Positions 51,102 through 64,000 of a stretch of 64,000 nt of DNA are shown piece by piece (the first letter of the stretch is position 1; every line of letters begins with the position of its first letter). The notes under the pieces were generated by a model, which worked only from the letters and a program-made list of their open reading frames with translations, was not told where the DNA came from and searched no databases. Where the stretch lies: NCBI RefSeq assembly GCF_009914755.1, contig NC_060933.1; one strand, 5' to 3'. Source of the stretch: the human T2T-CHM13v2.0 reference genome, Homo sapiens. The position numbers and the translations under genes were made by a program.

Positions 51102-52791
51102 GTAATATGTTTTGAGCTTCTAATTTATGTTGCTTTATTCAATTTCCCTTTTAGACACATTTTTTAAAACAAATCTGAAAGCTTTCAAAGCAACAAATAG
51201 TTTTGAAATTATTCACCTAAGTTCTTGTAAATGACAACCAAATACTGTGGAAAAATCTGAATAGTTTATTTTTTAAATCCAAATATGCACAATTATCCAT
51301 GGAACTAATATTATGTAATCAAATACTTTAACAGAAATTTACATTTTTCATAAATACATCTTACCTTGTAGTGCTTTTTGAAGTGGCTGTAAGACCTTCT
51401 TTGGAGGTCTTCTTTGGTAAATGCCGTCAGTGTTTTGCAGAGAGATGATCTTAGTCTCGTGATCAATTACCTACATGCAAAGAATAGTTTGAACACTGAA
51501 TTTTGATCTTTTCTGTTTTGTTGTACTACTTAGCATAATAGTATTGATAGTATTAGTAACAAGGTATTGAGAGTAGTAAGAAAGTCGGCAATATTGTTGG
51601 CAGTGTCCTCTTCTTTTGACATGTAACGATTAGAAATTCTGAAGAGCTTCCATTTGATTTGATCAAATAAAAGACTTAAAGAAAACAGCAGAAAATTCCA
51701 GAGTAAACCAGCTTATGCTTGGGAAGCCCGGGTGACTGTAACTATTTCAGTAGGTTTGGGTGCTGACCCACCTGAAGGTCTGTAGCATGACTCAGTTTTC
51801 CTGCTCTCTCTGTTTCTTTGGACTTCTGGAAAGCCTTCTCTGTATGTAGCATTATTTCTGCCACATTTTATTGATCATGCAAGTCACTAAGGCCAGCTTA
51901 GGTTCAAGCAATTAGAAGCCATTTCAATGGTAGAATGGCAAAGAATTTGCAGCCATTGTTAATCTGACTCAGATGTATAAGAAGTTTGTTAATAGCAATT
52001 GTCTCTGGAGATGAGCTCAGGGGGTCTGGGATATTAGATAGACTTATATTTCATTGGGGCTATTGCCCTGCCCCTGGTTTGAATATGAAAGTTAAGTATT
52101 TCATTCACTGCTGTTCTTTCCTCATTAGCTTGCAAGAATTAAAATCATCCTACTTTGGTGCCTGTTAATTGTTACTGCTAACATGTATAATGAAATGGCA
52201 TAGCTATCTCATGATTCAGGATATATACATATTTTCCTAGATTTTCATGATTTAGAAAACATGGAATTAGAAACGCTCCGGTATTGTCAATTTTAAATAA
52301 GAAAACTGATATTAGAAAGATTAATTGAATTAAAAAACGGATGGATATAGATATAAACTTATTTTAAAGATCAATAAAATGTTCTAAAAGAACTCACAAA
52401 CCCACGTACCCTCAGTCTGAGAAACGCAGCTGGAGAATCAGAGCCTAGAAGAGCCCATTGGAGTTGACTCCCCAGAATTCTGTCCAGAAACCCTTTCTGA
52501 CTTCCAGAGACTGCTGCTGTTGCTTCTTCCCTTAGACCCTATTAGCAGCTTCCTATTACTGCTAATCAGCATGGCTTGGAAGCCAATGGACTCGACAGAT
52601 GCCACCACCAAGGCATGGACATCATCATTGCCTTATAGCTTTTTGGGCTTCTGATACCTCCACCTTCAAGCTTTTCCATGATCTCTACTGCTTCAGCTGC
52701 TGTTCTCACATTAGCCTAATTTTTGCCTTTCTCTGGGTCAATCTCCAAAGGGAAGGTAAGTGATAAATCAGGTGGGACCTTTGTTCCCCAC

Positions 52792-53217
52792 TGTAGTGGG
52801 TTGAATAGCATCCCCCCAAATTCATGTCCACTTAGAACCTCAGAATGTGACCTTATTTGGAAAAGGGGCTTTGCAAATTGTGAATGTAATACTGAATTAG
52901 AGCAGACCCTAAATCTGATGACTGGTGTCCATGTAAGAAGAGGAGCAGACATGAGATGCAGAGAAGGCTGTGTGAAAATGGAGGTGGAGATTGGAATGAG
53001 GTAGCTACAAGCCAAGAGATGCTAAGGGCTGCTGGGAGTCACCCAAAGCTAAGAAGAGGAGAGGAAGAATCCTTTTCTAGATCCTTCAGAGGAAGCGTGG
53101 CCCTGCCAGCATCTTGATTTTGGACATCTAGCCTCCATGACTGGGAGAGAATAAGTTTTTGTTGTTTGAAGCCTCCCAGTTTGTGGTAATTGTGACAGTC
53201 ATAGGATGCTAAAACAT
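52792..53217 (+). mobile_element. MLT1C-like MaLR LTR
   Basis: tgtagtgggttgaatagcatccccccaaattcatgtccac...gaatgtgaccttatttggaaa...gagagaataagtttttgttgtttgaagcc. Confidence 0.88.
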
Positions 53218-54630
53218 CCTCCTACAAAATATATTATTCTCACTCTTGTCTTACTTTTCTCCACATGCTTTTCCTTCTAGTCCTCTTTGTAAATGTCTCT
53301 TCTTTACTTCTTCCATTTGTGTCTTTAATCATTTTACCTCTTTCCATTCAAACCCTACTATTTAAGAAGGGATGGGTACATTCTGGCTGTGGAATGCAAG
53401 CCACCCTTTCACATAAAACCTCCTTGAGTTTCTATTACAGCAGTGTGGTATTTCACAATACAGAAAAACAGGGTCCCAATAAATGATGTTATAATGTGTC
53501 TTTCCACTAGACACTGAGATGAGATAACTGGGAGAAGAAGCAACTTGTAGAAACATTCCCTCCATCTTGGGAAACACTTCACAGTCTTGTTTATCAAAGG
53601 CACAAGTTTTGTGAGCAAGTTTATCATTATTTTAGTTGACATTTTTCTTCCAAGAAAAATTTGTGGAGTGCTAATAATGTCTTAGGCTGGATCCCAAGCC
53701 AAAATAACTTGCTTATCCCTAGATGAGGAACAGCTCATTAATTGGGCATTGGACAAAATGTTCTTTTCCTCTATTTGTCTTTAATTACGTTAATTAGCTT
53801 CCATTTCTATGGCATGGTGTGCTTTGTGTATGACACATACCAGGGAAGTTCAAGTAAGGTGATTTAAAATTGGATTTGTGTATTAAAACCAAACCCAAAC
53901 CCAAACCCGTATTTCTTCCATGCCAAAGAAGGAAAAAAAGCCTTAAAAATTACATTGAGGACCATGTGAGATCTTGCCTGATATAAACAATATGTAACAT
54001 TACAGAAAGATAACCCTATTAAATTCCATGGGAAATGTGGGCCCATTATAATTCCCGGCAATAGTTGAGAAGAGAAAATCCATGTCATTTGGGTATTAAT
54101 GCTGTCATACCTTAAATCAAGACCCTGTAAGTATTGAGTTGAGTATCTGACAAATATTTCCAGATTTTAGAGGCTTTCTGAATCAAAGTCTTTTCTAATA
54201 TTGTCCTAAAGTTTTCTGCCTGTGGGAATAGTAATTTAATATAATTACTACTGTAATATAGTATTATTTTTATTTGCCAACATAAATTCTGTATGTAGTT
54301 TGAAATGTAAAAAGGAAACTTGAAAGGATTTCTAAATATTTTGAATATGTTTGACTTAAATGCTCAAAGACGGCAAACTAAAAGTTAAATTTGTGCCTAG
54401 AATTTGGCTGAACAGCATTTAGATGTTATTTGATTAATGTCATTTGTCATGTAATATGACTTACTGTTGTACTTTTTTCTCGTCTTCTTTTGCATTAGAG
54501 GTCTGCTATTTTGGCGTTTTTGTATGATTAAAAGTTTAGCTGATGCTATAGAAATAGATGATACCCTCCTTCCTCTACCCACAGCTTTACTGGGTATTTG
54601 AAATATGTGACAATTAGGTTAATTTTTTAA

Positions 54631-54948
<318 letters not shown>

Positions 54949-55152
54949 TGACATTTTTTAGAAAAGTATATTTTCTTCTTTCTTCTACCCTGACCCCTGC
55001 ATTGTGTCCTAGAGTGTGACTTACTCAGTTTGATTTTCCAAGTATGATCTGATTTATCCATAAAATGGGGTTTTATGACCTTCCAACAATGATTTGGGGA
55101 CTGCTTACCTTTGAACTTTCTATCCCTAGGAGTCCCCTGAGAGAAAGGGTGG

Positions 55153-55640
55153 TGTATTAGTTAGGATTAATTTCAGATGGGACAGAGAACCCAAAGTTGC
55201 AGTGACTTAAACGTTATATAAACATGTATCTCTTCTTACCAACACTGATGATCTAAGGCTGATTTCTGGCTTCATGATCCTTAGCTCCTTCTTTCCTGTG
55301 TTTCCATTGTACTATTTTCAACACACGGTTCCATGTTTGGTCCAGATGGCTGCTCTAGCTCAACCATCATGGCTACGCACACTTCATTCAGTAAGAAGGG
55401 ACAAAGTGATAAAGGAGGGCATGACCCTCCCATGGAGGACGCTTGCTACAAACTGTAGATACTATGTCTGCTTGCATCTTATTGAGCAAAACTTAGTCAC
55501 ATGGATATGTCAGCCTTGAGGGACACTGGGAAATGTATTCTTTATTCCACATCGCTAATTTCCTAGCTAAGGACTTGAGATTCTATACTGTGAAAGAAGG
55601 AGAGAAAGAATACAAGGAATAACTAGCATCTTGGTCATTG
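55153..55640 (-). mobile_element. MLT1J-like MaLR LTR
   Basis: tgtattagttagg...gcagtgacttaaac...agatggctgct...aacttagtcacatgg...ctgggaaatgtattcttt. Confidence 0.7.
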
Positions 55641-56438
55641 TTATAGAAAGAAAAGTCATAATGCCTTAGAGAAGGACTCAAACTCCACCATTGACTGTGT
55701 GATCAAACTATTGTCAGAAACCTGCTTTGGGTCTCAGTTTCTAGTCATCATTCATTGTATAAATACCAATTGATCTCTTCTTTGTGCACACCACTGTACC
55801 CGGTATGGGTGGATAAGAAAGCATGCAACATTGTCTTTTTCCTTAATGTCTAATAGCCCAGTGGGCAAGAAAGATGTTCTTTTCTCACTATTCCTGTATT
55901 CATCTGTCTTTTTAACATCTCGGTCTTTTTAACATTTCATCTCATCACTGCCTGCACTTATACTTTATAGATTTCATTTACATTTTCCCAGAGCCTTCCT
56001 TTCCATTCCACATCAGCAGCTTGCACAGTGTCTGGCATGTAGTAAATGCGCAGTGAACAGTAACTATGTCAGGTCTCTGGACTGTTCACCCATTTTTCCT
56101 TCCTTATCCTAAATTAATGTGATTCTGGTTCAGTTGTAGAATCTTTTGCTAAGATTATGTCATTTTAGAAATATACCAGTTCAGTCAGGCTAGAAAATTG
56201 TTTTGAAAGTATACCATACGTCACTTAATTTTCCTGTGTGCCATTTATCTACCTTGGAAATTTAGAAGTTTTGAGGCAGGTTAGCACAATATCTCCAAAG
56301 GGACTTTGGAATCACTTGGTTCTAGGTATATACTTGGGCTCTACCAAGTAATTACTATGTGGATTTGGACAAGTTTTTAATCTCTCTGAGGCTGTTTTTT
56401 CACCTAATGGGTACAATAACTTTTCATGGATGTTGTGA

Positions 56439-56742
<304 letters not shown>

Positions 56743-57199
56743 TATTTTTAAGAGAGATGATGAAAGGTGGTGGTGAGGTACACTTGCCATTTGACTGTTG
56801 GCTGTGTGTTCCAAAAGTTTTTAAATGATTATATTCAGTTTGCTGATTTGATTTCAGCTCCAGATTCATTTTTATGTGGAGCAGGCTTTGCTGCTGTGTG
56901 AAGCATCAGGGGTGAAAATGAGCCCACTCTGGGGACTCCCTCTCTATTTGCCTGTGGCCCTTTAATCTGAAGGCCTTTCCCATTTCTGCCCCATCTAAGG
57001 GAGTTGCAGGGGAGAGCAGCATGGTGTGGTCACCACAGCTCTAGCCCCTCCTGAGAACCCCAAGAATCAGGGTTCCTTTTCAGAACTCCCTGGAGCCATA
57101 AGCTTAGACTAAAGTAGAATTCTCATCTCATCCAAAAACATAGTAGCATTCACTCTTATACAGAGCTTTGTGGTGTAGAGACACATTGACTTGCAGCAG

Positions 57200-57330
57200 G
57201 AAGATTTGATTATCTTTACTATCGAGATGAGAAAAAGAAAAAAGAGTTGCTTAGAGGTTGAACAACATAGCTAGAGGTTGAGGGTCAGAGCTGGAGATTG
57301 GACTCACATGTCCTAATTCCAGTTCCACTT
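57200..57330 (-). mobile_element. MIR fragment
   Basis: agatgagaaaa...catagctag...gtcagagctggagattggactca. Confidence 0.5.
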
Positions 57331-59529
57331 TATGAGACTACGTCTTGACCTTCCCTCGGCTGACCAGGGTGAAACCAGAACCCAGGCTTACCAGCCTTAG
57401 TTTAAACCTACCTGAAGGGCTATAATGAGACCACACTCTAAAACTGGGAGGGCAAGGAAGCCCTGCCCCAGAAATGTACCACTGACTATGAATTGACTTC
57501 CCTGTGAATATCACAGGATACCTTTTGAACACTTTCCTGTCAGTTGTTTTACATTTTTTATCTCCGGTTTTGTGCACAGTATCAAGCGTTATTATGTGTC
57601 TATGAAAATAAGCCCTAGTTAGAGTGGATTTTCTGGCATTTTTCATCTCTCAGTACTGTGCTTTACCTTACACAACCAATGTTAGAGCAAAAATCCAGGG
57701 CCTGCTATCTATGTGTAAAGAAAACTTCTCATTGAGAATGTTATCTGAATCATTCATGGTTGTGATTGTGTCACGGCAGAAAAGTGTGAGATCCTGGAAC
57801 CAGTGTGCTTCAAGTTCAGAACTAGCAAGTTCTAGATCTGTTTATAAGCTTCTTTGTGGAAATTCATTGGACCAATTACATTATTTCCCCCATATGATAT
57901 CTTTAAACTTATGATTTCTGATACAGTTGTATATGTTTTAAAATTTCAGGTATGCTTTCATCTGTTTTCCTGAATATGTTCAACTTCTTTTCCTTTGAGG
58001 ACAACTTTGCACAGCGTGCAGTTATTTCATGGGTTGAACAGTGACATCATACTCAAAGTACATGGCCTTGTTGCCAAGTTTCCTGGTGAAGTAATTGTCG
58101 GTTGGTATTCAGGGAGCCACATCAGTTGAAACTATTTCTCATGATGTCACCCTGTGTCAGGGCTTGGGGCCAGGAGATAGGATTCCCTGTGACCTTCGGG
58201 GCACTAAAACTTGCATTTAGCTACCTTTTGGCAAAATGCCCTTGAGATAAGTAAATGAGATTTAGAGGTTCATTTGAACAATTCCATTAAAGTCCTTTTT
58301 TATTTTTAGTTTGTGTGAAGTGGCCCAATTATATCTAGCTCCCTTTCTGAGGCTGAAGTTTCTTTCATTTTATTATGAAAAATTTCAAACATACAGAAGT
58401 GTCAAAATAATTTGAAATCTTAGCTATCCCTGAATAAATTCTATAGTTAATGTTTTGCTGTGTTTGCTTTATCATATATTTATTCGCCTATTTATCCCTT
58501 TATATGGTTGGAGTTTTTAAACATAGATAATAAAGAAGGCTAGATATTAGACTGTGGACATTTTGAGGGGAAAATTAGAGCACAGCTAGTAGTCATTCAG
58601 GATGACATTTTATTAGAGAAAGAGCTATTTAAAGAAAACAATTGTTAAAGTAATAAAATTTGGCAGCAGGATTGTTCAAATTGAGATTAAAGGTGAAACA
58701 GTATTCCGTATGAAAAACAGTAGGGAATCAAGAGAAATCAATGAGTTTTTGGGAAGTTTTAGACTCTGACATCTGCATGTTGTTGATTCTAAAAGGATAG
58801 ACATTCAATTCTGGAAGCCTGAGTTCTAGCAGCTTCCCGTTTTTTAATACGGGTCACTTCATTATGTAACATCAAGTAGTGCAGATTGAGATTCAAATTG
58901 GAGGACACTAAAACTGTAATGGGCCTTTGTCCCTCTAGCCTAACAGAAATTTTTGTTAATAGATCCCTTCATTTTTTGTTTTTGTTGAAAGATTCCCAGG
59001 AAGAAAAGAATTCTAACCCCATCTCCTCATTTTACTACTTAAGAGCCAAATTTTTTAAAAACGGAATCCTCAGTGACAGCTGGAATCGTCCTGCTGGCTC
59101 TCACTTTCCAATTCTCCTCAATTATATTTAGCTATGCCTTTGACATGCTCATAGATTTATGTCTCTCAAATTATTATTTTTTTATTTAGTGCAATATATG
59201 GCACCAATTAGACAAAGTTTTACAAGGCATGGTAAACCAAAAAGGAAAAACAAAATTGTGAAAACCATGTTTCCTTGACCACCTGCTGTTTGAAGATTGA
59301 TCAAAAAGTTTACAAAGTTAGTTATTAGTAACACACTATACATAGAAAAATAAATCCTTCTGGGTAGTAAAAATATTTCCTTGGTCACTTGATGGAACAC
59401 CATGTGCTCTGTGTGGCGTTAGTTAAAAGTGACTGCTGCCTTGCTCATAAGCTATGTCATTCCTGTGTCGTCCTTTCCTCTTTGGTTGCTGATGACTTTA
59501 AAACTCTTTATTTACTGAAACTATATATT

Positions 59530-59975
59530 CTCCAACCCCTACAAACAATATTCTACACTGTAGGATTCTATTTATGTAACATTCTTGAAGTGACAAAATT
59601 ATAGCGATGAAAACAAATTAGTGGTAGCCAGGGGTTAGGGAGAAGGGAACAGTCAGGAGGGGGCAACGCAAGGAATCCCTGCGTGGTGACAAAACTCTTC
59701 TGTGTCTTGACAGTAGTGGCGAATACATGAACATACTCACATAACAAAACTGTGTTTAACTAAATATACACATAGGTACACACAAATGAGTGTCAGTAAA
59801 ACTGTGGAAATCTGAATAAGATAGGTGGATGATATCAATGTTAATATCTTTGTTATGCTCTTGTACTGTAGTGGTAGAAGATGTTACCATTAAGGTAAAC
59901 TGGGGAAAGGGCACATGGGATTTCTCTGTGTTGCTTCTTATAACTACATGTGAATCCACAGTGATCTAAACATTA
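59530..59975 (+). mobile_element. L1MC-like 3' end
   Basis: gattctatttatgtaacattcttgaagtgacaaaattatag...gaagatgttaccattaaggtaaactggggaaagggcacatgggat. Confidence 0.82.
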
Positions 59976-60055
59976 AAGAAGTTTTATTTCGTGGCTTTCT
60001 TTTGGGGAAAATTATCTTGTTTAAAAACAACATTTAAGCATTTACTTCATCTGGA

Positions 60056-60243
60056 TTTCTTTTCTTTTCTTTTCTTTTTTGAGACAGAGTCTTGCTCTGT
60101 CGCCCAGGCTAGAGTGCAGTGGCGTGATCTTGGCTCACTGCAACCTCTGTTTCAGGCTGGTCTCAAGCTCCTGGCCTCTAGTGTTCCACCTGCCACAGCC
60201 TCTTAAAGTGCTGGGATTACAGGTGTGAGCCACTGCACTCAGC
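60056..60243 (-). mobile_element. Alu with large central deletion
   Basis: cactgcaacctctg fused to caggctggtctcaagctcc; the middle A-rich region is absent. Confidence 0.88.
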
Positions 60244-61489
60244 TAGATTTATTTTCTATTTAGTATTTTTACAATAACAATAACATATAATGGACAACCT
60301 GGAAATTAAATAGAATGAAGATAGAGTAAAACTTAATTTTCTGCAAGCTTGTAATTTATATTTCTTTTCTATCTATTTTCTGGCATATATTTCAATAGAA
60401 GAGTTTCAATTTTTTTCCTATGAACATTTAAAGGGAGAAAATAGTTTTATACCAGAATAAAAGCAAAACAACTTATTTTTACAAAAGAAGAAGAAATATG
60501 ATACAACCCAAATTTAGCACATTTTGTACTTTGTACCTCTAGAGAATATACTTACATTAAATACTGATGAATTATTATAGACCATCAAGGCAGGCATATT
60601 GATTTCATTCATTAAATACTGAATTTCTGGCATTGTGGAATAAAAAGTATTCCATCTATGTTAATTACTAACTGATGTGCTATATTTAGGCTGATCTTTT
60701 AAAAAATTTAAAGCAATCACATCGCTTATTATTTTAACTTTATTCATTAGAGACAAACCAAACCAACCAAGTCCTGGTAAAGATTTCTGTGGTATCCTTA
60801 AAGAAAGTTCCATCATACATGATAAATTGGGATATTCAGAGTTTTGACAATTCCTATGACTAAAAGGAGATTATTTTCAGACTTTCAATTCAATTGGGCT
60901 TGAATAATTGATTCTGCGAGCTGGAGGCCCCAAGGGCATGTAAGTACCCATCCAAGTAAGTGTGGTTGACTGTTTCTCCAGGTTATGAGGATGCTAGATT
61001 GCTTTGGTCTGCTCAGAACTCTCAGATATCCCAGTCCTCTGGGCGATGGGATTCTACATCCCAGAAGTAAAGCCAGGCAGCTTTTTTGCTGATGATGGCA
61101 CATCTACTAGCCAGGAACTATGGCCTGTTCCAATCACTTGGGTCTTCTCTACTTTGTTCTTCTCCTGCCAAATTTTGAACTAGTGAAATAAAGCAAACAA
61201 GCAAACGAATCTCCTGTTTCTGAGTACCAGTGCAGTGGAATAAAAGTTGTTTGTCACATTGTTGCAAATATGGTCCACATATTTTAGAAATGTTGAGGCC
61301 CACCAGGAGCTTCTTGGATAGATCCAGATTAAGAGAGGTCTGGGAAACCTTCTGAATACTCATCAATGAATACCTGAAGGCACAGTTCTTGCTTTAAGGA
61401 AACAAGCCCATAGGAAACACAGAGAAGAAATAAGTAAGTATAGTAAGTGCTATGTCAGAGTGTTAGTATAGAAAAGGTTTACTTGCTCA

Positions 61490-62230
61490 TTTACTTTTTT
61501 TAACTTTTTACTGTAAAATAAAACAAGTACAAAAACCACAGAAATCAAATATATGACTTAATGAAGTTGAAGGTGAACACCACCCAAGCGAAGAAACAGG
61601 ACTTTGCTACGCACTCAGAAGCCTCTTCATGTGCCGCATTCCGATCACAGACCCTCCCTTCTGCAATAAGTACCACCATTCTGCCCTTTATAGTAACTTT
61701 TTTTACTTCTTTGTATTTTTCTTTTTGTAGTTTTATCAACAAAATGTGATTGAGCAGAATGTGCATCCAGTGATAATATAGTTTAGTCTTGCCCTTTAAA
61801 AACATGTCTAGTTTTCTTTTTGTCTGTAGATTTCCCCTTCATCTCTTTATTTCCTTACAATTATCTGTGAAAAAATAAAGGCCGATTGGCCTTAATATTT
61901 ATATCTCTTCATTCACTGAGTGCTACAAATGGTGATAGTCTAATTCTAGCATTTCTTTTTCTTTTATTATTATTTGGATTACTTTTTAAGGATTCCCCTC
62001 CCCAATCCTGTTGTTTGATTACCTAATAGTACAGTTCATGTAAGAAAAAAAGAAAAAGGGTGTAATATTTTCTTTTATTTAGTAGTTACCAAGATAATGA
62101 ATTGATTTTCCAACATCTTTGAAAGTGGCCATTATTTATAAATGTTATTATTAACTCACGGATTTAAAGGCATTTGGGTTACAGTCCATTGTAATTTTTA
62201 TTATTATTGAAATTCAGGTTGACTGAAATC
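61490..62230 (-). mobile_element. Old L1M (MC/ME-like) 3' fragments
   Basis: gtgaacaccacccaag...aagtaccaccattctg...tatagtttagtcttgcc; acagttcatgtaagaaaa. Confidence 0.5.
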
Positions 62231-62637
62231 AGATACTTTTCTAAAAGTTGTAATATCCTTAAGTGAGAATACTATTTCCGAACCTATATAATATGGGCAC
62301 TAAAGGTAGCATTATTGCTGCCAGTTTGATCATTGTCTCTAGGGCATGTCCGGATGTAGGTAGGAAATAAACAAATACCCGTACACATTCATTCTTAGAG
62401 TTGGAATGTCTAAGAATTCCTGGTATATTCCATTTTAAGGCTCCTGCTACTTTCTGGAAAATTTATTTTCTGGCAACTTATAGTAATTTGTACTCCTGCC
62501 ACATTATTTATTATTTTATAGATAACTAGTTTCAATCTTTTGCCAATTCAATTTGCCATGATTACTATTCTTATGTTCTTTAGATTCATCTCTAAATTGA
62601 CTTTTTGTATCTGTGATTCTGTAAAGATGGGTAACTA

Positions 62638-62812
62638 TAGTAATACCAGCTAACATTCATTGAGCAGCTACTGTGAGTCAAGCACTTTTCCTAGCACTTT
62701 ACACACAACTCTCAAAGCAGTTGTGTAAAATACCATTACACCAACCATATAGATGACAAAAAAGAGGCTTAGGAAGATTAAATATTTCCAATATAGATCA
62801 TACAGCCATAGT
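62638..62812 (-). mobile_element. MIR
   Basis: cagctaacattcattgagcagctactgtgagtcaagcact...atagatgac...gaggcttaggaagattaa. Confidence 0.72.
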
Positions 62813-64000
62813 TAGTCTTTTAGTTTTTTTGTCATCCTACTTTATCTGATTTAGTTTGCTTCTTATATCTCAGCTTTTTCTTCCTTTATAGATTTCTATT
62901 TCTGATTCATAGAGGTCTTTTGTGTCCTATTGAGGATGGTAACTGCTTTTCTGAAATATTCTTTTGGTTCTTATAGTAAATAATTTTAACATGTATATAC
63001 TTTCTCCATTTTCTCAAAATTTCTAGTTTTCCTCCTTTTGTCCAAGGTCTTCTTCTGTTTATTCACACTGGGATCATGAGAAGTCTATTCGGACTTTGTA
63101 TTTGCCAATAGACAGGGTGTGTAACTTGCTCTTGGCCTTGCTCACTGACCACTTGTGAACTGTTCCATCTCATTCTCTGTTATACAACCAGAGAGCACGT
63201 TGCTATGCACAGCTGTTACTCCAATCTTGGGTGAACAGGCATTTGTCTAATGTAGCTTTAGTTGTTCGAGGAAGAATCTTCACTTACTCTCTTCCTGGGT
63301 CTCTGAAATGGAACCTATGGATTACATTGAAGACTGAAGACCTTAGTGTGTACTGCTACCAAGGTTTTCAGGTTCATGATCTCTTTATCCTCCTCCATCT
63401 CATGATGCAATACGTATTTATTCTATACCTCCAGGAAGGCATTGTGCCACTAGCAGTTCCCACCCTTCTTCAGGCATGGATGCATTTGTGTGTGTGTGTT
63501 TTCTTCCTAAGTGTTACAATTTCTAAATACATGTCAGAAGAGAAGAACTGAGGGAATAGTATGAGAACAGTGTGCTGGCTATTTCATATTGCTTACTCAT
63601 GCTATAGAGAAGTGATTTCCCAATTATCTGGTTAGTTCGGATGCTGTCTCCTTGGCAAAGGTGAGGCAGATGAAATTATAACCCCACTATTCCTTCAGAT
63701 TGATGAGTGTGCATTGTTTCATCTGGTAAAGCAGACACTGGCTTCTGTGTTTGATTCTTAGGTTGGCACCATTGGCATTGTAGTTAGGAGGATGTTCTCC
63801 CACACAAACAATGTGGTATCCTCGTTGATTGGTGCTAGTTTGATTTCATCTGTTTCCAGGTCTTACAGAATTTAGTGTAATGTTGGGACGGGCTGTGTCA
63901 TGCACTGGCTGGCCCCATGCCATTTTAAAACCAGTATCTATGCATGAATTTTGAAGATCAGTTATTTTTAAAAGGTCTTTGGAGGGCTTCTAATACATTG

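Overview
Primate (human or great-ape) genomic DNA. A CpG-island promoter at about 1.1-2.9 kb contains a short first coding exon on the + strand: two Kozak ATGs at 2032 and 2041, the signal-peptide-like MGTMARLEAPQCPGFLARLLGGTWCLLCIAGQ, and a phase-0 donor CAG|GTAGGG at 2127/2128. From memory, not from a search, this matches the distal alternative first exon of ADAMTSL1. The remaining ~62 kb is repeat-rich intron in which I recognise no further exon. It holds four young L1PA2/L1PA3-type insertions with TSDs, three of them 5'-inverted. It also holds a 170-bp inverted L1 3'-transduction, 12 Alu/FLAM elements (11 on the minus strand), and old L1M, L2, MIR, MaLR LTR and DNA-transposon fossils, including a hAT-Blackjack-like transposase relic. 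All long ORFs in the track are L1 ORF2 fragments, repeat-derived, or GC-rich artefacts. The most unusual signal is that neighbouring, independently inserted L1s share patches of non-consensus variants while keeping their own TSDs. This points to local ectopic (non-crossover) gene conversion, mainly between two 5'-inverted L1s that together form a ~3-kb inverted repeat. Several short templated duplications and fold-backs are also visible. I see no evidence of a new protein-coding system. Subfamily names and consensus alleles are recalled by eye and need RepeatMasker/Dfam confirmation.
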